Positions 1-13,400 of a stretch of DNA of 64,000 nucleotides are shown here, one piece after another. Position numbers and translations under genes: made by a program. The stretch lies in contig OZ316776.1 of the NCBI GenBank assembly GCA_973851085.1, positions 4,402,001 through 4,466,000 of the forward strand, written 5' to 3'. The notes under the pieces are model-generated. The model saw nothing but the letters and a program-made list of their open reading frames with translations, had not been told where the DNA came from and made no database searches. The stretch comes from Ptychomitrium polyphyllum. Its lineage: Eukaryota. Positions within the stretch are counted from its first letter, which is position 1, and each line of letters opens with the position of its first letter.

Positions 1-86
1 GTGACTCTAGTAGCGAACAGTGTAGGCGTAGAGGCTATTGCTACGAAGTTTTGGCTTCTGAAAGATTTGGCATTAAGGTGGAGCAG

Positions 87-1469
87 GCAACCGCAGGGGA
101 TGACTCCTGGATCCGTGTCTGGGATCTGAGGAAGCCGAGCGGTCCTCTGGACAATCTGCACGGACACCACCACTGGTAAGGGGGCATCTGAACCTCTTGG
201 CTTGAAGGCCAGCCTGGGTGTGACTACACGATTCCTTTCGGTGTCGCGTCCGCGGAGAGGAGTGCTGTAGTACAGTCGTGTTTTGTGCTTCTCCGTGCGT
301 GTGATATGGTGGACTTACACATTTCAAGGCAGCTAAGAGCACGTAGTGTAGACACGCGTGGCCTGCTCCTCATGCAGACTTTGCAGCGAGAAGAACTCGT
401 CGGTGGAGGACACTGCATGGAGAGCGAGTCCTCACGCGTTCACCTCTGGCATTTGTTGCAGGGCAGTAAGAGTCAAATACAATCCGAAGTTCGAGGAGCT
501 GATTCTGGTACTAGCTGGCCTCCACATGTACTTGGAATTCGTGCAGTGTGCTGGGTCCGTTTAGATGTCGGGTAGTGTCGTCGTGGACTCCACGTTTCGC
601 ATATTATGAGTCTGGTCATTTGTATCTGCGCATGATTGGCCCTGTGCGTCCTTTGGGCAGAGCTCAGGAACAGATGCAGTAGTGAATCTGTGGCGCATTG
701 CCGATGCATCGCTACCGAAGAGGTATATACTTCAGAGTCCGCTCCCTTTCCTCTGGTTTCGTCACGTCGCACCCATAAACATGTGAATGGAATCTGACAG
801 ACTCTGGTCGTCTGTGAACCTTGCAGTCCTTCTGGATTACCGAGAGGCTCTGTGGACTCTCTGTTGCGCTCCTACACCGAGCACGAAGACAGTGTCTACG
901 GTACGCTCGTCTTGTGAATTTCGATATGCGGTGTAACGGACGGACCCCGAGGTTGCTTATGATCCGGGCGGCCAGTCGAGGCGGAGATGTGCAAGAAAGT
1001 AGTGCCAGTCCGCCCGAACATGGGCCACGGCACTGAAAGCAACTTTAGCTGGACTGCTATAGGTCGTCAATGACAGTAGCTTCTCTGAAGCAAAGTTCAT
1101 CGTCTGAAGTAGCGGAGGTTTGGTGGTTGTGAGTGGCAGGGATTGCATGGAGCGCACTAGATCCGTGGGTCTTCGGAAGCGTGGACTACGATGGAAGAGT
1201 AAGCATGCTCCCAAACAACTTCGATACTGGCTCAAGTGACCCATCCCCCTTGCATCGTCCCATCGAGGTAACAGATGCGGAGTGAAAGCGCTGGGCTGCT
1301 GATGGCCTCGAACATAAACCCGGCCGACTCGTACTTGTTTCGATTCAGTTCTCGGGCGACGGTTTGGACGCGATCGTGTGAAACCTCGGTGACATTCGGA
1401 ACTGATGTGCAGGTGATGGTGGAGTCAGTTCCCACGTCGACTCGCAAGAAACTCAAGGGCAAGGTCTAG
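87..1469 (+). CDS. DWA2: WD40-repeat protein DWA2 / TSSC1 (EIPR1) homologue, 3' part (5' exons lie upstream of the window)
   Basis: Exons with GT-AG boundaries at 87-175, 462-507, 661-722, 827-900, 1140-1198 and 1413-1469 join in frame: ATAGDDSWIRVWDLRKPSGPLDNLHGHHHW-AVRVKYNPKFEELIL-SSGTDAVVNLWR...LLRSYTEHEDSVYG-IAWSALDPWVFGSVDYDGR-VMVESVP...KV*. This matches the recalled DWA2/TSSC1 C-terminal WD repeats (WDLRK, NPEYEELILS.GTDS.VNLW, EDSVYGLAWS..EPW.FAS..YDGR). Confidence 0.9.
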
Positions 1470-4400
1470 TGCTGAACAACTCAGCGCTCATTCGGGCGAT
1501 TTCTCTGTGGTCGATCGTAAATCCTGTCAGACCGGCTGGAGACATGCCTCTGGACTGCATGATGAGGTACACACTGGATATGATGTAGCTGACGTACCCA
1601 GCCGTTCGAAGGGCGAAGCGGTTGGTATCACTCTTCTTGGCGGTTTTCGAGCATACTGGGCTTTCCTCGAGTTTGAGTTGTGGACGTCACCGGCCCCTGT
1701 CGCCGGTGTAGGGAATAGTAACTCTGCTGCATTTACCAGAGATGAGACGATGGACTCACTCCATCCGAGCAGACGCTCTCAATGCTCTGAGTCGGTTTGC
1801 AAGAGAATGGGTCTTTGCGTGCGTTGCACATGATTTACTCGCATCAATCAGCATCTTCAGTCTCACTCTGCTCCTTCAATGCTGTCATCCTCTAGGACTG
1901 GTTTCCTCACGTCGCACCCATAAACATGTGCTGTACGTTGCAGTCCGGAGACCTCTCGACGCTGTGATTCTACGATGCGTCACATTATCGCCTCTCGTCA
2001 ACATCTAGGGCTTGTCCCAAGGACCTGTGAAGAAACCATACGGCGGGCAATTACGTCCAAACGTGGTGCTTGAAACAACAGTGGAAACTCAGCTATTCCG
2101 GAACGCCTGCTACAATCGACACGGCAATGCGGCCGAGGTACTACCGGAGGCACATTCAGGGTGTCATGCTCACTTCATATCCATGCCTTCGCGAGTGGGC
2201 TTGCTCAGCTGGCTTAGTCAACACTCACTCGGAAAATCTTGTGCCAGAGAACTCACACCGGCGACGCGGCTTGTACGGCCATCATTTCCGATTCTCTAAG
2301 ATAATAAATGAAGCGCAGGCTTCGGATGTGCAGGTCTCTCTCCAGGCTTCCGCTTTAACTGTGTACCAGTGTAGCTCCTGCCACATCCAACTGATTCCAC
2401 ATTCTCCCAACTTGTTTGTGGAGTGGTCGTAGAATTATGCCGTCCTTGAACTTTGACAACTCTTCCACTTCTTCCACTTCTTCCGCTGTCGCTTTCATAC
2501 CTCTTCACTGCACTCGTTCTGGACTTCTGATCATCTGCATGCTCTTCGTCGGCCTTCTGGGGCTATCTATGACCGGGCAACCTGGAGCCATGCTTGGACA
2601 CTTTCCAGTCCGGAACCATATTGGTGGCCGACATTCCCTCAACTTGGAACCCCCAAGTCCCGACAACAGCATACCTTCGTAAACGAGATCTGCATCTAGA
2701 GAACCATCCTCGAAAACCACATCCAGACCGAAGGCTACACGACATGCTGATCGTCCGCTCCGGAGGCAAACGAAGGATATACGTCATCTTCTCACTCCCT
2801 ACCGGAGTTTAACTGCCAACAGACGATCGCCCTCGATCAGCAGCTCGATGTGCTAAGAGTGTCCGAGTGCGACAGAGAGAAACTGTCCGCCAGTGATGAG
2901 AGCCAAAGTCATCGAAATCGTACCACAACGTCCTTCGCAAAGTCTACAACGAGACTCCAGTTTGATACAAACCGCCACCAACAGCCTGCTCCACTACGAC
3001 AGCCACAGGACCACAAGCGCAACCGAGCGACAACCAACTCGACGACCTCTCCTATGCGCGCGCGCTCTCGCTCTCGCTCCGTTCGGGCGATGCGACGACC
3101 GGCCGCGAGGTCAAGCGGAGGGAGGCTGGCGATGGCAAAACCCTAGTACGGATGGCAAGGGTAGTGTAGCGAATCTTCGTCTCCCAACGCGCCCGCCACA
3201 CCCTCCTTCCCTATATCCTTCCGCCCTGCATATGGCCAAAACCCTTCCACCGTTACTGTACCCCACAACCGACACCTCCAACGTACAGATCGCACCGCCA
3301 GCGACGGCTTTGTGTGCAGCGGCGGCGCTGGGTGACGGTGCGAATGTGCACATCCCTGTCCGAAAAGGCTTCGCAGGCTGTCCGGGACTCGTCGCGCTCG
3401 GCTCGACTTTTCTCGATTGCGGTCTGTAGAGCTCTGGAGCCTTGGCTTCTCGCACGCACTCGTAAGCGCCCTGGCACTCATTCGAGGATCGATGCCGTAG
3501 AAGATGGCTCAGCATTCGTGGTCCGTTGTGGGATGACGGCTGATCGCTGATGTTTTGTTGCGACGTCGCCGTTGGTACTGCGTTCCTGTCCGGCAATGGC
3601 GGGGACGGCCGCTCTCTCTCCCGATTACCAGCCGACCGCTTCGTTGAGAAAATTGTGGACTAGGCAGGCTTGTTGAGCAATTTTGTCATGTCTATGCTGC
3701 GCCGCGTCGTCCGTGGTGGTGTTCTGGTGTTGTTCAGAGGCCGGAATTAGGCAGGTGCGATCGGGTCGAGGGATGGAGTGCCAGCCGATACGTGCTGGCT
3801 TTGGATCGCGGTACTAACCATGGCGTGCGTATTGTTGCCGCAGGCCACGGAGCTTCGTCACTCCCTTCGCATGAGCCGGCGCATGGAGCGCCTCCCCCGG
3901 CGCCTCCTCGGATCCTCAGGTTAGCTGGTCACCTACAATCACGAACTCCTCTACCGGATGCCAGGTCCAGTAGCATAATTACGTCTGCTCCGGTGTACGG
4001 ATCCTCTCGCACTCCGTGGACTCTACGTTTCTCCGCTTGTGTTCTGAAGACTTTACAATCCTGAGTGAAAAGGTAGGATGAGTACTAAGGTGTACTCGTT
4101 CCAGTCTCACGCGCGCGAGCCTCACTGCCCGAAATCAGCATGTATCCGAGTTCCGGTCCTACCACTAGCTGCTGTTGACAATCGCAAGTATCTGCGCAGA
4201 GCTAAAGCACCCTCGCTTCCGCCGCGAAGCCGTTCGACCGATCTACGGCCTGAGGTTCGATCTCCATCCTAAGACCCACTCACGGTGCCCTTACCTTCAT
4301 CCTGGAAGGATTGGGAGCATCAGCGCCACCAATAGACTTCCAGGAACTAGCTGCGGGAATCACCTTCTCTGCGGGACCTTGCGTACCATCAATTTCAGCA

Positions 4401-6269
4401 CGTTCTGTGGATAGTTCCAGAGACGAGCCTCCCACGCTGAGACGTCTTTCACATCGTCTTCTCTGCAGTGACTCCACCGCATTCAAAGTCGCCTGTGTGG
4501 CAGTCGTCCTCGCCGCGCTCGCTGTAGTCAGTTGGACGATCTGGTGGTTGTCCTGCAAGTCCGACCAGCGGGCCGGAAAGAAGAAGGGGAAAATGAAGAA
4601 CGAGAACAAGGGGCCCCGTCATCGGGTGAGCTGCGGACCTCATGGATCGGGTTCGAAAGCTCCGTGCGGTCTGGATTGGATCTGAAATTCGTGCATGAAT
4701 ATGTTCATCGTGCGTAGGGCAAGCTCGGCCGACCGACGGAGATCGGACTCGGAACGTCTATCGCGGTACCGGTCCCAAGGACTCCTGGAAACGCCGGCAA
4801 GTGTAGAAGCCTGTCTGATTGCCTGCCTGTGGCTCTCGACGCTGCCGCGCGCTGATTCGGACACATCATCAAGATACTTCGGTCCGTATGCCGACTGCAG
4901 TCCAGCACAATTCAGTTCACGTCCATGGCAAAGCCGCACCCGGCGTGGGACGGATCCAACGACTTGCGCCGACCGACAGTGCCCAAGGCGGTAGCAAGTA
5001 GTTTGTAAGCCTTGGGGTTTTCGTTCGCTTCCTTCCAGCTCTCAGCTGTCAGTACTTGCACACAGCCACCCTCGTGTGAAGGCAGGACAGATTGTAGACG
5101 GACCCATTCGACTGTCAAGCTCGGGAGTGATGCTCGGTGAGATCATCAGCTAGATTTTGAGGCTGTGCCTCCATTGCAGATGATCAAGGTGTAGAAACGT
5201 GCATCGAATCTCCTCTCTTGCCTTCAGATACGCATGAGCAATCATTACGTCGACTTTTTCGGGTTCCTTAGATAAATACATGTTTTTCATGGTCACTCTC
5301 TATGTATCTTTCTCTAAGCTGTATCGATATAAGTGGGTGGGAATTGGTTTTATCTCGAGCTTTCTGATATCTGGTTTCAAATTTCTGTATGTTGTGTTGC
5401 TTTCCTAGTTTACTTGGAGGAGGTGACCGAGCAAGTTCTTGGCTTTTCTTTTCATAAACTGTAGTTGGATTGCATGAGGAGGTCTGAATACTTCCTGGAT
5501 CTAACAGATGGTTATCGTGTTTCTTGTTATGTTTTCTGGCTCGAAGCTTTCTGAGATGTTTGACCTGTATTCAGTCGCAGAGTTACTTGCTTGCAATCTA
5601 CAATACCGGCATCGATGCCTTGTCATTTTTGATAGTTCTTCAAGTCTACTCTGGCTCCAAGCCTCCATGTACTCGTACTCGGATCAGTTGACGTGTATGT
5701 ATGCATATATTAAGGAAATTAAGCTGTTTATGTTTGCTTGATGGTGAAGTGCACAGATTTCCTCTTTTTACGACCTGCATAGCTTACATTGCAGAAGGTC
5801 TTGACTTATTCAGGCACACCTGCAGTGTGTCTGTCTTCATTTGTCGCTTCTAGATGCCCTTTATTCTTTATGATGTCTTGAAGTTGATTACGTTGTTAAA
5901 GAGGTACACTTTGATAAGTTTTGGCCCGCATGAAGTTGTGTCCTGTGTTCTGTCACACTCCGGAGCTGAAGTTTTCTGTGAACTCCCAGTTTCAAGTACA
6001 CTCAAAATTTATTAACAGGAAGAAAATCTATGCATACTGTTATTGGTGCCAGATCTTGACAGTGAGTACAATGTTGCTGAAGTACTAGAGACGAATTTTA
6101 TTACAGATTGGCGATATGCTAGGTGGCTCAGAGTGGGAGGAGCTCAGTGTCCTGTGCACCCAAGGGAACAATTACATGCAAACCAGGAGCAAAAGTAGGT
6201 TCTTGGATGGTTCAGCTGAGCTAATTCGGTAGATAGCAAAACTCGAACGTAGCCGATTCGGCAGATAGG

Positions 6270-6318
6270 ATTTGGTACATTTGGTACATTTGGTACATTT
6301 GGTACATTTGGTACATTT
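6270..6318. repeat. Tandem repeat (ATTTGGTAC)x5
   Basis: Five exact 9-bp copies read directly; they give the NVPNVPNVP run in ORF 6144..6335(-). Confidence 0.95.
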
Positions 6319-6899
6319 AACTTACGTGCGCGCATCCCTTTTTGTAAAACAATATATGTCCAGATCTATTCCACAAGAAAAAAACTGTCATAGATTGTAC
6401 TCGTCATAGATTTTGCTATAAAATCTGGTTCAAAAAATGAAACCGGTGTCTCATTTATTATGCTGGCGGGATTGGAAGAAGTAAAACCACGCATATGATT
6501 CTGATGCATTGCAAAGTCCCCAAGGTCATAGTTTCAGTTCTTCAAAATACTTCCAACATTCGTATTCCATAGCCATGTAAAGTACAACCGGATTAACTCA
6601 CAAACTTTTCTACTTTGACACAAGGTGTAGATTCGCAAGTGAAAGCCAGAGAGCCTCCGGCGTCAACAATGGAAGCCATGAAGTGGGTAAAAAGGAACAT
6701 GTCCAGGTTATTCATAGCTCGGAGGAATACTAGCTACCGACAGCGCTGCATGCATTCGTTTGCAATTTATGGCCTTGTTGACGAATTGCAGCGAATCAGC
6801 GTCTTCTCATGCAGCGTCCTATGATCCACACAGAAATCGACACGTGTGACCTTGTTACTTTCGCTTTTATTTGGGGACAATTTGGTTCAGGATTTTAAC

Positions 6900-9350
6900 A
6901 TGAGTTTCTCCATTTTAGAACTTTTGTTTGCTGTCCTTTGATTCTAAATTTAGTAACGTGATCAGCGTATGCAAAATTAATATGTGAGATTTTATGATAT
7001 GTAATATGTGTTTGCAATGTACTTTTGTAATTTATTTGTGGTTTTTGATTTGTCATTTCATGCTTTAATAAATTAGAGAATTTTATAACTGGGAAATTAT
7101 GAAATGGTTTGCATACATGTTCCATTAGTTTTCTTTTAAGTTTTGAATCAGTCAAAGAGTAAATAGACCATTTTTATTAATTTTAGATTCTTTTTCATAT
7201 ATTAAGTAACACAGTTAGACACATATTTTATACATATATCTTTTATCTTTGTTTTTTTTAATTTCTTTATACTAATTTTTTATTTGAAAGAAATCATTGT
7301 TATAATTATACAACATCATTTCACCTTTTCACATAAAAAACTATAACATGTCTATTGTTATAATTAATATGCTTATAACTAATAACATACATGGAAAAAT
7401 AAAAATAAAAATAATTTATATAACTTAGTGTAGATAAATTATTATATTATATTTTAATTCAAATTATATTTGGAAAGTTGTCTTTGAATTACATTGGATA
7501 TTACTATAATAATTTTAATAGGTTATAAATTAAATAACTATATTAAACTATTAGGCAATATAGTTGATGAACCTTTTAAAATTAATATCTATGATATGTT
7601 ATGATTTCTACAAAAACATAATTAGACATATTAACCTTTACTAATATATTTTCTTGGAATTTATTGATATATTGTATTAAAACCAAAGTTTTGAAGTTTC
7701 AAAAATTGATAATTTAAAAAATACTTGTTTCTATTCAATTCTGCTAAATATGTTATAATATCTATGGATTGAATGTAGTAGTTGTTTAAAATGATATTAT
7801 TAACTTCAAATTTTATTGAATATTATACACTTTAAATTTTAATAAATATTATTTTACATAAAATATGATCATTTTGTTTTTAATATTAATACATAATTTT
7901 ATATTATTAATTGAATTGATAATTTTAACTTTAAACAATTTATAAAATTTATACGAAATATGGTTATTAGATTGCCTCATTCAAATTTTGTGGCGGTTTA
8001 TAATATTTATCATAAATAATATTAAATTCATTTTATAACTATGACATTATGAATTTTATATTATCATATAAGATATTATCAATTGTGTATTATAATGATA
8101 TTATCATATATCATTATAGTACACATTTGATAATTATTTATAATTTAAAATAGATCTAAGTAATTATTCATATTTATGAATGATTAATTTATTAAACAAT
8201 TGAACATTTTTATTTGATTTTATTTATAATGTAAGTAATTATTTAAATTTTACATTTAAAAATGAACCATTTGTAATTTGTATTGCTTCTAAATATCCAT
8301 ATTTATATTTAATAAAAAATTTAGATGTATCAATTAATATTTAAACTATTAAATTATAAATATTGAACATATTAAAAAAAAAAAGTTGTAAAATGTAGGA
8401 CTTTAGAAGATGGTTTAAAAAAATTATGTGGATATTTAAAATTAAAAGAATGCTACTTTATATAAAACAATTAAATTTATATATTTCATAATCTACTTAT
8501 AGTTTTGTTAATGACCAAAATAATTTTATATAATATAATATGCTTTTAAGCCAAACAAAGGAACTTTCAAAATATTAAGAATATTAAATATAAATCAAAA
8601 AATATTCTTATTAATATATATCTTTTATTTAATTGTTTTATTGTTATAAAACATCATTTAAATAAAAAAAAAGTTGTCATTTCTTGAGATGTAAAATTTG
8701 AATTACAAATGTATTCAATTATTGTTTTTAATCACATCTAATTATATTTTTCAATCATCTAAATTATTTTTATTTGTACATAAGTTGTTTACAAGTTGTA
8801 AAGTATGTCTTAAGTTTTAAATGAATAAAGATTGTAAAGTAATAACACGCATATAGATTTGTATCAACTTAATTTTGTAGGTGAAAATATAAATCTTAGA
8901 GATAATTTTTAAGTTAGGTAATAAATTGTTATAAGAATTTAATTATTTAAAAGTATCATATATAAAGTTTAATATCAAAACAATTTTGGTAAAATTATTA
9001 GCATTTGATTTATAATTGAATCTTGATGAAAATCAATAAAAATTGATTTTATATTATAATATTGGCAATGTTAAACACACTGCAACCAGTGCCATGTATA
9101 AATATTACATGCTTTCATAATGCTCTTAATCTTATAGTAAATAAATTGATTGACGGTTTTCTTTGCAATCAAATTACAGAAATATTTTATACATCATTAA
9201 TGCTAACACATGATTTATGGACACTTCTTATTTATTAAAATTACTATTACACTTGGTTTTTTATTGTTATTGAAATTTGTTTCGAATTATGAATAGAAAA
9301 GTTGGAAAATTTATTTACAAATTTGATTTGTTAATATAAAAGGCTTTCTA
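6900..9350 (+). mobile_element. Very AT-rich decayed transposon relic, possibly Ty1/Copia-derived
   Basis: Abrupt AT-rich block with almost no ORFs. At ~8665-8705 it reads KKVVIS*DVKFE, resembling the Copia post-integrase motif KVIISRDVKFDE with CGA(R) decayed to TGA. No LTRs recognisable. Confidence 0.35.
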
Positions 9351-10261
9351 CTATGTAAAACTAAGGATGTTATATCTTATCAAGCTAAGCATAAGGGAAC
9401 TTCGCTGGAGAAAAGAACTTACCCGCCGGGGTCCAGTACTATTCGCGTGGGGTAATTCCTCTCGGGAACGCCGGCGAACAAACCGCTCCCGCCCAAGCAA
9501 ACGCTGCCCGCGTACCTGCCCGCCGGCCGCAAAAACATCAAGAGCAGCAAAGGAAAAATTCACAGACATCAGTGAGGACCTCTAAGAACCACTTGGGAAC
9601 CACTAAGAACTCTACCGTGTCCATGGAGAACATGTGAAAACTGCGGCCGGTATAAGACCCATCGCCCAAGAAAGCGTCCCTCGATGCAGTGGAGACCTCA
9701 CCTCAAACCCCATGGTGATCTCGCGGCAACCAACCCCTCCTCAGCTGCGAACGAGGCGAACTTGCGCGAACCGCAAGGGAACTCTGGAAAGAACAGAAAG
9801 AGTGGGTGGGGCAAAAAAGAGAACGCGGAGGGAACTGCGTCTTTCCCATGAGAGGTGGAGTGGCAAGGCTGCCAAGAGGCCGACGCACATGCACACGCCC
9901 ACGCACAAGCACATGCACACGACGGTTCTGCACTTGCGGAGGTGAAATTGCACTTGCACTTGCACGGCTGCACGGGGGAGAGTGCCGTGGGCAGGGGTTT
10001 GACGAGCTCCCGGTGCAACTTGGAGCACTGCGAACCAATAAGTTGTTAGGCTGAGCGTACCGGAGCTGGGGTTGCTTGTGGATTTGGTTCCGAACGAGTC
10101 TCCTTGGGACGCACGTGCGCCTGCCTTTGTGAGTGTGCGTGCGTGCTTGGAGCTCATTTGGTCGGGTTTCGGAGCCAGAGCTTGCCCTTTTGCCGCGCTA
10201 TCCTCAATTCCGCATCCAATGATACTTCTCTTGGGAGCTCCTGTTTAGTGTTCGCTCCACG

Positions 10262-10264
<3 letters not shown>

Positions 10265-10318
<54 letters not shown>

Positions 10319-10344
10319 TTGTCTCTCTCTGTCTCTCTCTCTCT
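10265..10344. repeat. (CT)n microsatellite in the FAB1 5' region
   Basis: Long CT dinucleotide run with a few GT/TT interruptions, upstream of the FAB1 exons; typical plant 5'UTR/promoter pyrimidine tract. Confidence 0.95.
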
Positions 10345-10472
10345 TTGGCGGCACTTTGGAGGATATTGATGGCGGATGTTGCGATTGATCGGCGGTTCGC
10401 TTCCGAGGCGGTCGTTTCTTGTACGTTTTCGGCGGAGTGTTCGGATTTGGAGGTTATGATGTCCGGAGGCAT

Positions 10473-13400
10473 ATGTTTCTGGAGGATTGCGTTCTAGGAA
10501 GGTAAACGATTCAGGTTTGGATGCGTATCGCGAGCTCGGATTCTCTCGGTTGTCGTGGAGGTCGAGTGTTTTAGAGTAGTTGCACTATTTGGAGGATGTT
10601 TGTTCTGTCTATTGAGAGCTTTGAGAATATCTCAGTTTCGAGATAGTGAGACAGTGCCTTTGCATTTCTTTGAATTGGTGTGATACGTCGCAGGTAGAAA
10701 GACGGTGTTGCAGGAAAGAGACACTGTCTCTAGGTCTTTGGTCGTAGGAGCAGCTTTAAGTTCACGGTGATGTGTTTCACCTTCGAGATTCATTGAAAAT
10801 GGAGGCAGAGCCAGTTCTAATGAGTATTCTACTGATTGAGCTTGTGTGGTGCGTCATTGCCAGAAATTTCTCCGTCTTTTTTGTCACGGAGCATTTTTCA
10901 ACGATCAAGGATTTCGCACCAGCATTTGCTGAGGATTGTGCAGAGGTATTCGTATTGACCTAGACTTTGGTGGCGTGGTCGTATTGTCTCTCGAAACATA
11001 TGAGTGCAAGCGGTCTCCAATGTGCGACAGCTCCCGGGAGCAGCTATTCTTCGTACGCGAATTGCAGGAGCGGCGTTCGTGAAAGACTGTTCACTGTTCG
11101 TGAAGTGGTTTACAATTTGGGTTGAGTTTTAGGTGGAAAACGGTGGTGGTGCCGGGCAAGCAGGAAGCATATGGAAAATGTAGTGCTTATTCAAGGATTG
11201 TAATTCAGATGTTGTTGGATCGTTGATCTGGGCAAGAGGTTTTGGCTGAGTGACGCATTTTGTTGTGGTTGGAAGGGATCGGAGAAATCAAGGTATCCGT
11301 GGTGTAAATCCAGTTCAAGGAACTACAAATACAGTGCCTGCAGTTTACAAGTTTTTGAGGTTTTAGGGTTTGTGGATTATGCCTTTGCATAAGCGTAAGC
11401 AAAGAATGCGGGCCTGCTGAATGCAACCTACTCAACCCAATATCAGTGTGTGTCTACATATGCAATCAAGGGACCCAGCTTCGAGTCTCTATGAGTCTAA
11501 CTGCAGGTCAGCTGCCTTTTTTTCATTTTTACTATTGGGGCTGAAATGACCATCGATTTTTAAAAAACATGTAAATCTGTAGGAGCATTTGTCAGCCTTT
11601 GTTGCACGGTGAACTGGTGTATCTTGATTTGCAAGTCTTAGAGCTTGAATAGAAGTTGGTATCAGATTCGGAAAATCTTCTTTAGCACATTAGCAAGGCA
11701 GCGCTGTAAATACTCTGAACATTCATGAAGCTCATGGGACTTATTTATTTTTAGTGTTTAAAGACAGTCTTCAGGGAGACATCAGAGTCTGAGATGTTGT
11801 ATCAGTTAGAACGTGCCACTGCAGCGACATCTCATTGCTGTTGTTTGTGCATATCCCTGAATGGTGCAGAAGTGATGACGAGGAAGATCGAGGTCAGAAG
11901 GTTGATAGAGGCCATGAGGATCTTGACGATGAGAACGATAGCGTCGTGGATCTGGAATATGCTGATGGCAGTCGTGGAAAGTTACGTTCCTCAATCGAAG
12001 ATTCTCAGAATGTGGGAGGAGTTCCCGGGTTGGTCGATAAAGTCAGTGACATCAGGTGGGAAGTTTAGTCCGGTGCATCCGTCACGTACCAGTGTGTTTG
12101 TACATCGCGTCAGGCCGGAACTGGGTTTTAGGATACCTTAAGCTAGAAACTAAGCTTGTTGGGTTCCAAAACTCTAAGCAGAAAATCTGCTGGTCCAGTT
12201 TCCTTGTATTGTGCTATATCTTCCCTTTTCATTGTTCCTTAACATCATACTTTGATACCGTGCCATGTTTTGATACCTTGCAGCCCACGTTGGTAGCAAT
12301 GGACTTAAATGTAATGAACGTTGCTGTCTAGTTGAGGCAGAAAATTTAGTATCAAGTAACATTTGAATTTTGCTTTGTTGGTCGCATATTTCAAAGTGGC
12401 ATGGCCTTACCAAGTACTATTGACAGGGGTAGGGATGGGCACTCTTCTGTAATGTGGAGAAGTACTCAATCGCCTGATGATATTGAGAGCTTTGTTGGGG
12501 TTCTTACTGAACCTCCTATGTACGAGGAAGCGGTTCCTCAACCACCTGCTGCAAATGAGATGGACCATCCAAGTGTTGACTATGAGAGTAATGGCGTTAT
12601 CTGGGCTCCCCCGCCCCCAGAAGATGAGGATGATAAAGCCGAAATGAGCTTGGTAAGCTTTTCATGTGATTGAAGGTCGCGTGCCTGGGAATTTGGAGGC
12701 CAGTGAGGGATGGGGAGGCATTTCATGGAGTGGTCAAATTCAGACATTCTTGTGTACGCATGCTGATTTGCCTTCTTAGACACTTTTCTGATTGAAGTTT
12801 TCTACGATGTTGGCAAGTGTAGGTTGACGAGGATGACGAGGATGTTGAATGGGTGCCGCGTATGCCAGGGAGTGTCAGCAGCAGCGAGAACAGAAGCAAG
12901 GCAGCAATGCGGGCTATTGTTGATGGTCATTTTAGAGCTCTTGTCGCCCAGCTTCTTATCACGGAAGATATACGGGTAAGTATATGAGGAAGGGCAGCGC
13001 TTAGTCACCTTTTCCTCATTGTTTCATCTACACGAAATACCAGTGCACCGTACTCAAGTATTCTTTCGGGACAAGTCTATGCTTTGAAAACAAGTAGAGA
13101 GGGATGTAGTTGAACCAAGCAATTGTGCGTTAAATGCATGCCTTTTTTGTAGGTGACGTCGCATAATATTTTTAGGATTTATCCGATCTTGGTTGAAGTT
13201 TTCAAAGGCTAGAGTTATTGCTGTAACAGTTTGGAGAAGAAGGCGGACCAAGCAGCTGGTTGGACATTGTGAGTACGTTGTCGTTGCAAGCCGCTAGTCT
13301 AGTCAAACCGGATACAAGTAAAGGAGGTGCAATGGACCCAGGTGGCTATGTGAAAGTTAAATGTATAGCATCTGGGCGGCGCGAAGACAGGTAAAATGTG

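Noticed and set aside
2850..3596. Overlapping 100-180 aa ORFs on both strands
   Set aside because: GC-rich, low-complexity translations with no recognisable domain; expected by chance at this GC content.
9401..9478. Imperfect ~80-nt hairpin (TTCGCTGG...CCGGCGAA) at the AT/GC boundary, considered as a miRNA or Helitron end
   Set aside because: The stem is heavily bulged, matches no conserved miRNA I recall, and has no CTRR end at the expected spacing.
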